From NCBI RefSeq assembly GCF_001194135.2, contig NC_068985.1, forward strand, positions 36,643,239-36,686,029: DNA of 42,791 nucleotides. The letters are read 5' to 3'. The DNA is from Octopus bimaculoides (taxonomy: Eukaryota). Positions 1 to 11,483 of the stretch are shown in pieces (the stretch's first letter is position 1; every line of letters starts with the position of its first letter). The translations under genes and the position numbers were made by a program. Below the pieces are notes generated by a model. The model did no database searches. It was not told where the DNA came from and was given only the letters and a program-made list of their open reading frames with translations.

Positions 1-2
1 AA

Positions 3-359
3 TGCTCCTGGGAGCTCCTCTATGCTGATGACCTTGCACTAATTGCTGAGTCACTATCAGAATTAGAGGAGAAGTTTCAGGTGTGGAAGCAAGGACTAGA
101 ATCGAAGGGCCTTAGAGTCAACTTAGCTAAAACCAAAGTCTTAATAAGTAGGAAGGTAGACAAAACACAAACACCTTCAGGTAGATGGCCCTGCTCGATC
201 TGTAGAAAAGGCGTAGGTAGAAACTCTATAAGATGTACCCAGTGCAAGCTATGGACACATAAGAGGTGCAGCAATATCAAAGGAAGGTTAATTAGGAAGT
301 TAGTTTTTGTATGTGGCAGATGTTCAGGAGCAATAAACACTGTGACTCTGGAATTATAA
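3..359 (+). mobile_element. RTE-clade LINE fragment: RT catalytic motif followed by a PHD-type zinc finger
   Basis: Open frame from 3 reads CSWELLYADDLALIAESLSELEEKFQVWKQGLESKGLRVNLAKTKVL (YADD and the RTE-like GLxVNxxKTK), then C-x2-C-x10-C-x2-C-x4-H-x2-C-x14-C-x2-C at 192-323. The element runs off the left edge of the window. Confidence 0.9.
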
Positions 360-632
360 TGCCTTCGGGTCCTGTATATGTAAATTGTATTGTATTCGTG
401 AATTGATAGTGCAGTGCTTGAAATTTTCCAACATTAAACTGTATGTTGTTTTCGGCCACATATATATTGAATTTAGGACCCGCTGTAAGCTTGTGACATC
501 GTTTTGGTTTTTTTATTGTCTGAGATAATTTTTTGTATCATCAGCATAGCTAGTGACAGTGGCTGTTCGAGTGACCGTGGGCATGTCGAAGAGGGCTATT
601 ACGAACAGAAATGGCCCCAGAACAGTGCCCAG
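345..632 (-). mobile_element. CR1/L2-group LINE reverse transcriptase fragment (frameshifted)
   Basis: Minus-strand translation gives GTVLGPFLFVIALFDMP..TSYADDTK, then DVTSLQRVLNSIYMW and AENNIQFNVGKFQALHY, matching CR1-type RT domains 4-7. Confidence 0.85.
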
Positions 633-759
633 TGTATCAAATAAATTTGATGCTTTAGTAGCATTTTAATGTTCAATAGTAGCTAAATTTTAAACGATAA
701 ATTTCTAATCACATGAACTCTGCGTTTTTCAAAGTATTTTGTTTACATTTGAAAATTCC

Positions 760-1930
760 TGAACATAGACCTCAAAGAAGTCATTTCGTAACTCATTACT
801 AAAATATACTTATTTTTCCTGAAGAGCCCTAACAATGTACCGCTTATCACATCTTAAAAGTTACAGATGCAATTGGTATCAGTTATTTAAGAGATGTAAA
901 AATAACAAGAGAAGCAAATGTTTTACCGTACGATTCAATCCAGAACCCTATGAATATTGAGGCTGATGTCATGAATTAAAATTTACCTCTGTTAAAGTGT
1001 AACTCTAAAATAAGGAGAATCTTAGGAAAATAGAAAAATAATTAAAAGCAAAATCATATTCAAGTCCCATTCATGATATTTTCAACAACTGCAAAATCAC
1101 CTAATATATAACCAGACAATTAAAAATATGCGGCAGATCGAATTGTCGAATTTGTATTAATATATCTGAAGGCTTTGAGTTTCGTCCAATTTTTAATGGG
1201 TAATTAAAAAGAAAAAAACTCTACACATCTACCAGAAAACTTAAATTAAGTTATAACACATGATGAATGTGGCGGGAGTTTTATTGGTCAAACAAGCATC
1301 TCACTCAGAATACGCACGTCGATCCACTGGCAACAATTTCGTAACCTGAGCTCTATAAATATTCAACATAGTGAGCAATTAGATAGATGTGCAGGAGCTC
1401 GGCAAGCAAATTTTAAACTTTTCTCCTGATATCAATGCACAGAAAATATGACAGAAAAACAAAGAATCCACAAAAATATATTTTCTATTGTAAAATTGTT
1501 AACCAATTACTGACCTAATTTTAAAGTTTATTTATCAATATTTACATAATTTTTCAACCTCTTTCTTTCTGAATGGTTAAAATACCAAAATTTACATATC
1601 TGCTGAATTCTAACGTACATATTATTTCCCTTGTTACCTTGTTATCTACTTCCAGTAGACACGCTAAATATTATATGAAGGGTAGTAGCTATCCATTACA
1701 CACATGCACTGTTGTGAAAATCAATTACACGGAGTGAAACCGGTTTGTGATTATGTACTGTGAAACATTATGCCGTTTTATACAATTATGTACTTTGAAA
1801 TGCTTAATAATGTAATTTGAAATAATTTGAATGTGAAAATGTACTTTGGAATGCATAATCTTGAAAGAGTTTGCTTGTAGTAATGTATTTCAGTTATATT
1901 TTTGAATACGTAATAAAATATCTTGAAATA
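760..1930 (+). mobile_element. Penelope-like element 3' relic: linker, GIY-YIG endonuclease and probable pseudo-LTR
   Basis: ICGRSNCRICINISEG (Cys linker, ~1125-1175) and ECGGSFIGQTSISLRIRTSIHWQQFR..HSEQLDRCAG (YIG half of GIY-YIG, ~1265-1400), with many stops. A degenerate hammerhead-like motif ending GAAACCGGTT lies at ~1705-1750. Boundaries are approximate. Confidence 0.75.
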
Positions 1931-1995
1931 AGTTGATTGTAATAATGTACTTTGAAATTATTTAACTGTAATATGAAAGTAATTGTTCAATTATT

Positions 1996-2155
1996 TCATC
2001 ATCATCATCATCATCATCATCATCGTCATCATCATCATCTTCTTCTTCTTCTTCTTCTTCTTCTTCTTCTTCTTCTTCTTCTTCTTCTTCTTCTTCTTCT
2101 TCTTCTTCTTCTTCTTCTTCTTCTTCAACTCCTACTTCTTCTTCAACTCCTACTC

Positions 2156-2192
<37 letters not shown>
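1996..2192. repeat. Compound microsatellite (CAT)n-(CTT)n-(TA)n
   Basis: Direct reading. Confidence 0.97.
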
Positions 2193-2197
<5 letters not shown>

Positions 2198-2547
2198 TCC
2201 CATTGATTGAACATAGCTCGGCTTTCTAGTCGACGAACGACCCTTGTGACTTTCTTTGACAAGCGCTATATACCTGTCGTGGAATTTCCGAGGGAGAACA
2301 CAGACGATTTCTTTTGCTTTACATTGGGTGTTTTTACATGACATCATCTTGTTAACTAGACACATGTTTGTTTGTCACATCTTCCTGTGCTTTTAGAAGG
2401 TAAAGAACAAAATGAAGTACTGCAAAGTTGTTTAACGCTCTAAGGAAATAATTTCGACAAGATATTTCTGTTTGTTTGTCTCTATTGTACTTTAAGTTCG
2501 TTGCCTATTAAAAACATTATGTTAGTTCCCTAACGAAGTAAACATCA

Positions 2548-2700
2548 CTGGGAACCGATAGTGTTGAGGTACTTCATTTAATCGAAAGGATGACAGGCAA
2601 AGTCAACCCCAGTAGCATTTCAGATCAAGATATAAAACCAGAAGAAATGCCGTTCAGCATTTTGTCCGGTGTTCTAACGATTCTACCAACTTGTCGCCTT
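2548..2700 (-). mobile_element. tRNA-derived SINE, family S1 (partial)
   Basis: Shares GAAAGGATGA.AGGCAAAGTC.ACC and CTAACGATTCT.CCA.CT.G.CGCCTT with the copies at 13.5, 32.0 and 38.6 kb. Confidence 0.8.
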
Positions 2701-3975
2701 CAATTCAAGAAGCTAATAAAGTGAAAGTATCAACCGAAGTTGAACCTTGTTCGCAAAGTTGAGTTTTCTGGGAATGTTACCACTACTCTACAACATTGAT
2801 ATTGCACAGTATTTGGCTACATACCAAATAATTAACGCTATACAGCAATTAATATTATGCTGTCAATAAGATGCTGTTACAGTAATTACTAAATGTCCTG
2901 TATCTAGCAGAAATCACAAGACTTTCAACCGGAAATAATATCAGTCATACCAGATGTGTTGGCACCCAACAGCGGCTGCAAGGCTGTCATATCGACCTGA
3001 CAGTGTTTATAACATCAAACAACTGGTTTCCAACTGACATCTCAAGGCTTTTCTGTTGATCATCTCATCAATACTATTAACCATAGACGTTAGATATTTA
3101 ACAAGACGCGCAAAAACTATCGCATTGAGCGGACAATATACGTCAATGAAGCCAAGCAATTGGTATCCAGCAGCGACTAGAAGACTTGTTGAACTAAATT
3201 CTGTACTAATAGTGAGCCGAAGCGTTCGTGGTTTAAACCAAAGGAAAGCAATTAAATTTCTTTAAATGAATTATTTGTTAGTTTAACTTGATCTCTCTAT
3301 TTACTCAACATCGAATGTAATACTTTCAGTTAGACGTAGTTTCATTTGTTTAACTTTCTTACAGAGCTCTCTATTAGCAGAACACACAAGCTTCTCTGGT
3401 TTCTATTGAAATACCAATTTTAATCGCATTGGCGGCATGGAGAAAGAAAGAAAGAAAGCAATAAAGAAAGTAAGAATTAATGAACTACAGAATTACAGAA
3501 TTCCAACAGATGTACCCCAAGACTCCTCTCTTTCTTCATGCACGTGGTTTCCTCTTGGGAAAGAAAAAAGTAAACAAAAACAGAAAATTCATTTCAATAA
3601 GATTTTCGAAATAAATACACAAATTAATGAAAAATGAATAAATAGTTCAGAAATTAAAAACTTCGAAAATAGCTTTCAAAATAAAATTGCATGAACTGGA
3701 CAAATAACGATAGTTTCTCATTACTGCAGATATTTATTTATTTCTAAAATTATTTACTTATTTACTGTTCAGGCAGTTTCGAGTCTTAGTTGCAAAAGTT
3801 TCTTTTTTTTTTTTGTTTCAAATTATTTACTTAGAAGGAAGAAACTCCACAACTATCGAGGAACATTCGAATTTGGATAGATTGATGCGGTTTTAAGTTT
3901 ACAATTGCATAGCAAACATGGGCGGGAAGAGAATTTCAGTAAACTGAAGTTATAGCGACAAAATATTGGTAAGCA

Positions 3976-4006
<31 letters not shown>

Positions 4007-4163
4007 TATATNNNNNNNNNNNNNNNNNNNNNNNNNNNNNNNNNNNNNNNNNNNNNNNNNNNNNNNNNNNNNNNNNNNNNNNNNNNNNNNNNNNNNNNNN
4101 NNNNNNNNNNNNNNNNNNNNNNNNNNNNNNNNNNNNNNNNNNNNNNNNNNNNNNNNNNNNNNN

Positions 4164-4233
<70 letters not shown>
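3976..4233. repeat. (TA)n and (CA)n microsatellites flanking an assembly gap
   Basis: Direct reading. Confidence 0.95.
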
Positions 4234-4237
<4 letters not shown>

Positions 4238-4481
4238 ATTATTTCTGTTTCGCTACTTTTATCTCAGTTTTCTCTCTATATCTGCTTTAAGGTTATTATG
4301 ATAACTTTCCTTGTATGTGTGTGTGTGTGTGTGGCCGTTTCAGTTCCGATCTTTTCCTTGTACTTTAACGTTTCGCCTGATTTTGTGTGGTGTTGGTTCT
4401 ACTATGTTACTTCTGTTAGGCTATGCGAGCATTTACTTCGAGTCACTGGTTAGTCACTGAGTTTCATTCACTGTGTGCATT

Positions 4482-5929
4482 CTTAGGAGGGAAAGAAAAA
4501 GTCTTGAAGATGACACAAGGTCTAGATGTCTTGCAACTACCACTGCAATCGATTGTGTTTCTTACATGGTGATGGATGACAGGCGATCGACTATGAATCA
4601 AATAGCCGATGGCATTTGCATTTCTCGTGAGAAAGTTGGGAACATTCTGAACAGTGGACTTGGTATGATGAAGGTGGATGTTACATCTTGTGGCACCTGA
4701 TCAAAAGCGCACCAGGCTGATCACATCACAGGAAAATCTAACATTGCTTTAGGCAGATGCAGCTGATTCTCTTGAATGTTTCCTAACCCAGGATGTATGC
4801 TGGGTTCATCACTCCGAGCCAGAGACAAAAAGACAACCCATGCAATGGAAACACCTCTTCTCACCTGCTCCAAAGAAAGCCAAGGTCGTTTTATCTGCAG
4901 AGAAGGTGATGGCCTCAGTTTTTGGGATGGAAAAGACAAATCATATTGAAGTCTGGTGCAGCTTGCCAGCAGCCGTCCAACTCATGCCAGCATGGACAAC
5001 GGACGTTAAACGATGATGATGGGGGTAGGTTGGTCTGTTTCTGTTGTTAATTAGCTGCATGTGGAGACATTTTCTCAAACAACCAACTGGCCCGAGGATT
5101 AAGCGAACACTTGTGTTTCTTATCAAGGCACTCAAAGAAATATCAAGGTCATCTTAATGAATAGCTGGGCCATTTCTTGACTATTTCTGGCGATAAAAAC
5201 TTCAAACGGTTTTGAGAATAAATAATTTGGATGGATTTAGTAAAATAAACTCTTCTTTGCCTTATTAAGCAGGTGTTTTGAACATATATTAATAAAAGGT
5301 TCTTGTATAAAAATTATGAGAGTTTTACTTCAGATATAAAAGGAGGTGATGACAAGTGACCGAGACCTTTGGCGGATATATTGAGAAGATTCGTCAAGCC
5401 AAGTGAAATCGTAGTCGTGGCCGATGCCGGTGTCACGTAACTGGCACCCATGCGGGTGGCATATATTTATTGACAGTCTTCAAAAGGGTCATGTCATCAA
5501 TGGAGAGTACTATGCCAACTTGCTGAGGCAGTTACGAGAGGCTACCTAGACCAAGCATCCAGGAAAACTGACGAAAGGCGTCTTGCTTTATCAGGACACT
5601 GCTCCAGCGCGTAAGTCCTTTATTTCAACGGCTGCTGTGCGTAACTGTGGGTTTGAACTTTCCCTATTCTCCTGATTTGGTTTCATCCGACTATTATCTG
5701 TTACCCAACATGAAAAAATATTTGGCTGGGAACAGTGATGATGACGTCATATCTGATATTGACCTTTTTTTGACCAACAGGATGAAAGATTCTTCACTAA
5801 AGGAATCCAAGCACTGAAACACTAATGGAAGAAGTACAGCAAGGGGTACTATGTTGAAAAATAAAGCTCATTTGGTTACATTCCATGAGAATGACTTAGT
5901 CAACTTATGAAATTTTCAGCCGACTTTCG
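4482..5929 (+). mobile_element. Mariner transposon relic (irritans-like), 5'-truncated, split by a ~520-bp insert at ~4938-5457
   Basis: Translations: EDDTRS..VMDDRRSTMNQIA..ISREKV; TQDVCWVHHSEPETKRQPMQWKH; KVMASVF; YQDTAPARKS; PYSPDLVSSDYYL. The right end TGAAATTTTCAGCCGACTTTCG|TA is TIR-like. Confidence 0.88.
4939..5021 (+). mobile_element. 3' tail of an RTE-type LINE/SINE
   Basis: GTCCAACTCATGCCAGCATGGACAACGGACGTTAAACGATGATGATG ends in a (GAT)n tail. Family assignment is from recall. Confidence 0.6.
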
Positions 5930-5957
5930 TACTTTATTTTATCCTCCTTGTCTGGAA

Positions 5958-6046
5958 GAAAGGCGCAGTTGACCTTGTCGGGATTATCTTTCAAGAACTC
6001 GCAAAGTCTTTTTCCCGACGCTCTAACGATTCTGCCAGTTCGCCCT
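5958..6046 (-). mobile_element. SINE S1 fragment
   Basis: CGACGCTCTAACGATTCTGCCAGTTCGCC is the reverse complement of the S1 head. Confidence 0.65.
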
Positions 6047-6414
6047 ACAAGTGAATAAACTAAGGTAACCACAAGGAAGAATTCCAACAGAAATAATAAA
6101 CAAAATAGAAAAACGGCTTGTAGTAAAAGATTCCACCTTCGATCAAGTGAAACACTCTCAAGATAAGAATAAACTAACAATCCCAGAACACAACAGGCCT
6201 TGAAAGAAATACTTTCTATGGAGACGATCTTAAAAACATGAATGTGCTTAATAAGCTAAAGTACACTGTAGCTGATACTGTATAGTGGGGAGCTGGATTT
6301 TGTCCTAATAAATGTACGCAAACCATTCGATTAGCTACATGAAAACAGCAGAGCGAAAAAGATATTAAATATATAATAACCAAAATGCAAAATTTGCGAA
6401 AGTTTTCATGAGGT

Positions 6415-6610
6415 CCCTCGATCTGCAAGATATAGTAGTTAAGTTAAATTTTCCTAAAACTAGATCTTACTATTTTGGAGGAGGAAAAACACTACAAAAC
6501 TTGGTCCTAGATACAGTCTTTGAAAACGAGTCAGTATTGTCAAGCTAAAATGTTTTCGATAATAGGTTAGCTCAATAAAAGCTGATTTGGAGCTAAATAA
6601 CAGCAAGAAG
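6415..6610. repeat. Interspersed repeat family S4 (diverged)
   Basis: Tail AGCTGATTTGGAGCTAAATAACAGCAA resembles the segments at 7450-7490, 16690-16740 and 37880-37910. Confidence 0.45.
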
Positions 6611-6971
6611 AGAAAGACTTACCGTGATCCTGTGGATGATAAGGGGAGAAGCCTAACTTGAAAATATATGAAAAATATAAAAAGAAACGAGAAATTTTAG
6701 GAAAATAAGATATTGAGAAAACTGAAGCTATACTACAAATGAAAAAATTGAGGCATAAGATCGTGGCAAAAGTCTTCTGGATAAGAAGACTTAAAAAATG
6801 CCAGCTCTTCTTTCAAAAGAATAAGTATTTGAAAAAAAAAAATCAAAAACAGAATATTCCGCCGGGAAATTAATGAAAATAACTTTATAATGGAATCTAA
6901 GCCAACAACAAAAGAAATTTAATCGCATTGATGGAACATATGGGAGTAAGGAACAGAACTAAGAATAATGG

Positions 6972-7010
<39 letters not shown>

Positions 7011-7049
7011 TGGAAATTTGCCGGTGAGTGAAACGTCTACACATTCATT

Positions 7050-7490
7050 TGAACTGCTAAATCTAACAGCCAACTCTCTCTACGATTACATCATGTCTTC
7101 TTAAGAAAAGGAAGGATGCATTGGATAACGCAGTCATGTACACATAAAAGAACTATAAGGTAAAAACTAGAATGTACTTGGAAAAGTATGATATAGCATA
7201 ATCAGCGGAGAATTTACCAGTATAATTAAATCTGATAGCAACTGGGAGATTCTTGGAATTGGTAAGGTCTCTAATATTTTGGCGATACGAAACAGAAGTC
7301 AAAATCTTTTTAGACTCCATTAACGGTTATTTGAAACCCTAATAAGCTATCTTATTTGGCACACACACTCTCTCCCTCCCAGTTAAATGTTATCCTTGGT
7401 TGAATAACTAACACGAAGGACATGACTGGAACAACTTTCATTATAAGCTTACTGGATCAGGGTTGACCTGGGATTAAATAACAACTACAA
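7050..7490. repeat. Interspersed repeat family S4 (split copy)
   Basis: CTGCTAAATCTAACAGCCAACTCT, GAAGGATGCATTGGATAA and GGATCAGGGTTGACCTGGGATTAAATACAAC motifs, shared with 22640-22750 (opposite strand) and 37790-37910. Confidence 0.55.
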
Positions 7491-7556
7491 CAATTCAAAA
7501 TTTATTGATTAACGAAGATAAGGCTCCATCACAGATATAACCTTTATGGAATAGAC

Positions 7557-7703
7557 TAGGCATGGGCAAAGTGCAATTCTTGGGACTTTCGAGATGGTAC
7601 ACCTAACTAAGAATTATCCTGAAAGTCTTTTAATAGTGCAGCCCGCTTGATGATGAGACATATCTAATGCGGCCTGCTTCTCGAAAAAGGTTGCCCATGT
7701 CTG
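7557..7703. mobile_element. Non-autonomous hAT (Charlie-like) MITE, 147 bp
   Basis: TIRs TAGGCATGGGCAA (7557-7569) and TTGCCCATGTCTG (7691-7703). Flanking 8-mers GAATAGAC and ACTTAGAC match at 5 of 8 positions. Confidence 0.7.
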
Positions 7704-7757
7704 ACTTAGACGACACAAAAAATTAGAGGAAATGACAGAATTATCTAGGCATAGCTG

Positions 7758-8170
7758 TGTGGGAAAGAATCTTGCTTCATAACCATATAGTTCTGGGTTC
7801 TATTCCACTGCGCGGCACCTCGGAAAATTTTTTCTACTACATCTTCGGGCTGGCAAAGGAATTTGGTAAAAGGAAATTGGGTGAAGACTCATAGTGTGTG
7901 TGTGTGTGTGTTTCACTACTGCTTGACAACCGGTGCTAATTTGTTTATGTTTCCGTAACTTAACGGTTCTGCAAATGAGACCGATAGAAGTATCAAGCTT
8001 AAAGCAAGTACTGGAGTCGATTTGTTCGACAAAACCTATCAAACAAGTAAAAGACAGAAGGTAGCAATTCAATAAACAGAGAAGTACTGGGATTGATATT
8101 ATCAGGTAAAAATATTTGTACGTGGCGCTCCAGCTAGGCCGCAATTTAATGATTGAAACTGGTGAAAGAA
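7758..8170 (+). mobile_element. tRNA-derived SINE, family S2, with internal (TG)n
   Basis: Head TGTGTGG..AG..CTTGCTTC..AACCA..TGGGTTC.ATTCC (B-box-like) matches the copy at 42694. Body GCTTGACAACCG..CGTAACTTA.CGGTTC.GCAAA.GAGACCGATAG. Confidence 0.8.
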
Positions 8171-9603
8171 TATGAGATACACAATGTTTCGAATGCGGCA
8201 AATAGAAGACAAAAATATCTGCGAGAAACAAGATAATACAATTGAAATAATGTAATTGTTGCTCAATTAGTGAGAAGATATTTTGCCACTACTTTGAAAC
8301 CAGATAAAAAGGAAACAAAAGACAACCCCCCCCCCCAAAAAAAAAACTATGGGAACACGTTATATAAAGACCGGAGAAATACAGACGAAACATTTGTTTA
8401 TCTGCCAAATATATATAACACGTACACAAACAAAGAAATGAAACTGTAATGTGAAATTCAATTTAGCTGTCCATAAACTTAGTATGAAAATGTGACATAG
8501 ACAAAAAATGTTTATCAGATTAACAAGTAGAAGGCAATGCAAAAACCCTCAACGACACATAATTTCAAGATAACAAAGAAACAAGACTGTACTAACACCT
8601 CGATATAGATGTACTAAAGAATAAACAAAAACAAGAAAGTAGTTAAATAAGAATATATTAATATATAATAACCCCTACACGAACACACCACGAATTCACA
8701 CACACGTTTGATATTTTTTTAGAAGAAGCAGAAAACGACAAAGAAATTAATTAAAAATATTGTAAGCATAGCGAAACCGAAATATGAAAAGAGGAAAGAA
8801 TATATATAAATTTAAAGTAAAATGTGGTGGTTAGTTGAAGTGGTGGAGCAGAGTTGCATGAAAATCCATTGTAACGTTAGTTTATGTTCGGTGTTCATAT
8901 TCCGAATGAATTTAGGCTCACTCTTACTATGTTGGATAAAATTGAAGTTCATCTTTGCGATGTTGACAAAATAAATATCAGTTAAAATTAGACGTTGGTA
9001 TAATGGACTGTACCATTGTAGATAGTGTCCCTTCATGACTGTATTCCAATGGCTGAAACCAGTAGGATTATAAAAGGATAAGGAAACTATTAAAAGTCAA
9101 CCTGCCGCCCGAATCCTAGTCACAAGTAGGTATTGAGATTTTATTTGACGACCGAATACAGATCAAAAAACCACTTTGCTAGTTAAAAAACAAAACACAT
9201 CACAGATATGTTGAAATGTCCAGACAGTACAATAGAAATAAAAGAGAAAAGTACAGTATATAGAAGCAATTAAACAAATATCGAACAAATGTTAGGATGG
9301 TGTTTAGTAACATCCAGCATCAAATAACTCATAACACATAATAGTGTTGCAGGTAATTCAATACGGGATCTGATCAAAAGATATCAAGTCATTTGTTATC
9401 GTATACTATGGGATATATATGCTACGAAAGGTGAGAATGGATTCGATATTGCCACGAAGGACCAAACACAACATCGATAAATACGTCAAGATTATAAAAC
9501 AAAATCATTGCAATCAGAAAGGTTAAAAATGGATAAAATATAATGAAAGCATCTGCAATTTGAAATATTTTGTGCTTTTAATTAGAAATTAAAAACAAAA
9601 CAA

Positions 9604-9634
<31 letters not shown>

Positions 9635-10224
9635 TATNNNNNNNNNNNNNNNNNNNNNNNNNNNNNNNNNNNNNNNNNNNNNNNNNNNNNNNNNNNNNNN
9701 NNNNNNNNNNNNNNNNNNNNNNNNNNNNNNNNNNNNNNNNNNNNNNNNNNNNNNNNNNNNNNNNNNNNNNNNNNNNNNNNNNNNNNNNNNNNNNNNNNNN
9801 NNNNNNNNNNNNNNNNNNNNNNNNNNNNNNNNNNNNNNNNNNNNNNNNNNNNNNNNNNNNNNNNNNNNNNNNNNNNNNNNNNNNNNNNNNNNNNNNNNNN
9901 NNNNNNNNNNNNNNNNNNNNNNNNNNNNNNNNNNNNNNNNNNNNNNNNNNNNNNNNNNNNNNNNNNNNNNNNNNNNNNNNNNNNNNNNNNNNNNNNNNNN
10001 NNNNNNNNNNNNNNNNNNNNNNNNNNNNNNNNNNNNNNNNNNNNNNNNNNNNNNNNNNNNNNNNNNNNNNNNNNNNNNNNNNNNNNNNNNNNNNNNNNNN
10101 NNNNNNNNNNNNNNNNNNNNNNNNNNNNNNNNNNNNNNNNNNNNNNNNNNNNNNNNNNNNNNNNNNNNNNNNNNNNNNNNNNNNNNNNNNNNNNNNNNNN
10201 NNNNNNNNNNNNNNNNNNNNNNNN

Positions 10225-10274
<50 letters not shown>

Positions 10275-10283
10275 GTTAAGTTT

Positions 10284-11330
10284 ATGTCCAGTCATAGAGT
10301 GACCAATGGTTTCGCATCCATAAAGGGCCTAGCCCCATGGATGGCTCGTCAGACTCTAAAGCCGAAGACACACACTTACGATAGACTTTTAGACAATTGC
10401 ATAACACAGAAATGTAGACGCGCTTCCCCGGACACATACGACAACATTAAAAGTGAAGCCAAACAGATAGGAATTAGCCTACGTATAGAAGATAGGGTAG
10501 AAATTTTAGCCAAGAGAAATGCCTTCATCACAATCAAAGTCCACAAGCCGAACTTTGCCTCTAATCCCAAATGCCGCCTGATCAACCCAGCTAAATGCGA
10601 GATTGGCTAGGCGAGCAAACATACTGAGGAAGATCAACGACGACATAGGGAAGCTTCCGCCCTCTCCCTATAGCGCAGTACAAAAGAGATGACCTCGTGG
10701 TTTAACTCCAACCGGGGGAAGGGCAGAACAAGGTTCACACAGTTCGACATAATCGACTTTTACCCGTCTATATCGAAAGGGTTGCTGATCAAAGCACTTC
10801 CCTTCGCTAAGGGCTTCACGGACATTAGCAACAGGGATATAGACGTTATCATGCACACCAGGAGAACGGTGCAGTTCAATAAAGATTCGACGTGGGTCAA
10901 GCAATCCGACCCGAGGGTTCCTACGACAGCGCCGACGTTTGTGATCTCATCGGACCTAGACACCTTAAGTAAGAAGTTTCCTTTAGTCCTTTTCGGTCTC
11001 TACAGAGATGACGTTCTGACCACCTTTAGAGGAGCCAGCAGGCACACACTTGATAGGCTTAGAAAGGAATTGATCAGCGCCCTAGGCTCCATGGGACTCA
11101 GAGTTACTATCGCGACTAACCTCACCACCGTAGACTTTCTAGATGTTACTCTAAACTTGGGCTCCGGTTCACACAGGCCCTAGCGCAAGTCAAACGAGAG
11201 GCTGTCCTGCACCAATACAGCCTCCTTCCACCCTTTAACGTGTTCAAGAACCTAGTGAAGGGTGTCAGTAAGAGTATCCCGAATCTATCCTCAGGTCAAG
11301 AAATTTTCGACGCTGCAGTCCCCTACTCTG
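10284..11330 (+). mobile_element. Penelope-like element reverse transcriptase relic (possibly Naiad-type)
   Basis: AFITIKVHKPNF..NPKCRLINPAK.EIG; QFDIIDFYPSIS; GSYDSADVCDLIG (shifted frame); GLYRDD; VDFLDVTLNL; thumb motif HP.NVFKNL.KGVSK.I.NLSS..EIFD.A.PY. It has TAG stops and frameshifts. Confidence 0.88.
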
Positions 11331-11364
11331 AGTTTCACTCAGACTAGCCTGTCAATTTTGATAC

Positions 11365-11390
11365 AACACATACACACACACACACACACA

Positions 11391-11422
<32 letters not shown>

Positions 11423-11441
11423 CACGCACGCACGCACACAT

Positions 11442-11481
<40 letters not shown>
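11365..11481. repeat. (CA)n/(CACG)n microsatellite
   Basis: Direct reading. Confidence 0.95.

Positions 11482-11483
<2 letters not shown>

Noticed and set aside
480-550. Minus-strand CTGATGA ... AAAACGATGTC resembling a hammerhead
   Set aside because: CTGATGA here is part of the YADD codons (TAT GCT GAT GAT) of the CR1 RT, and no proper stems form.
2397-2399. Possible 3-nt microexon (TTTTAG-AAG-GTAAAG)
   Set aside because: The pattern is too short to distinguish from chance without transcript data.
10608-11183. Possible selenocysteine recoding in the Penelope-like RT, as reported for some Naiad elements
   Set aside because: The in-frame stops at the ORF ends are TAG, not TGA, and frameshifts are present, so this is ordinary decay.
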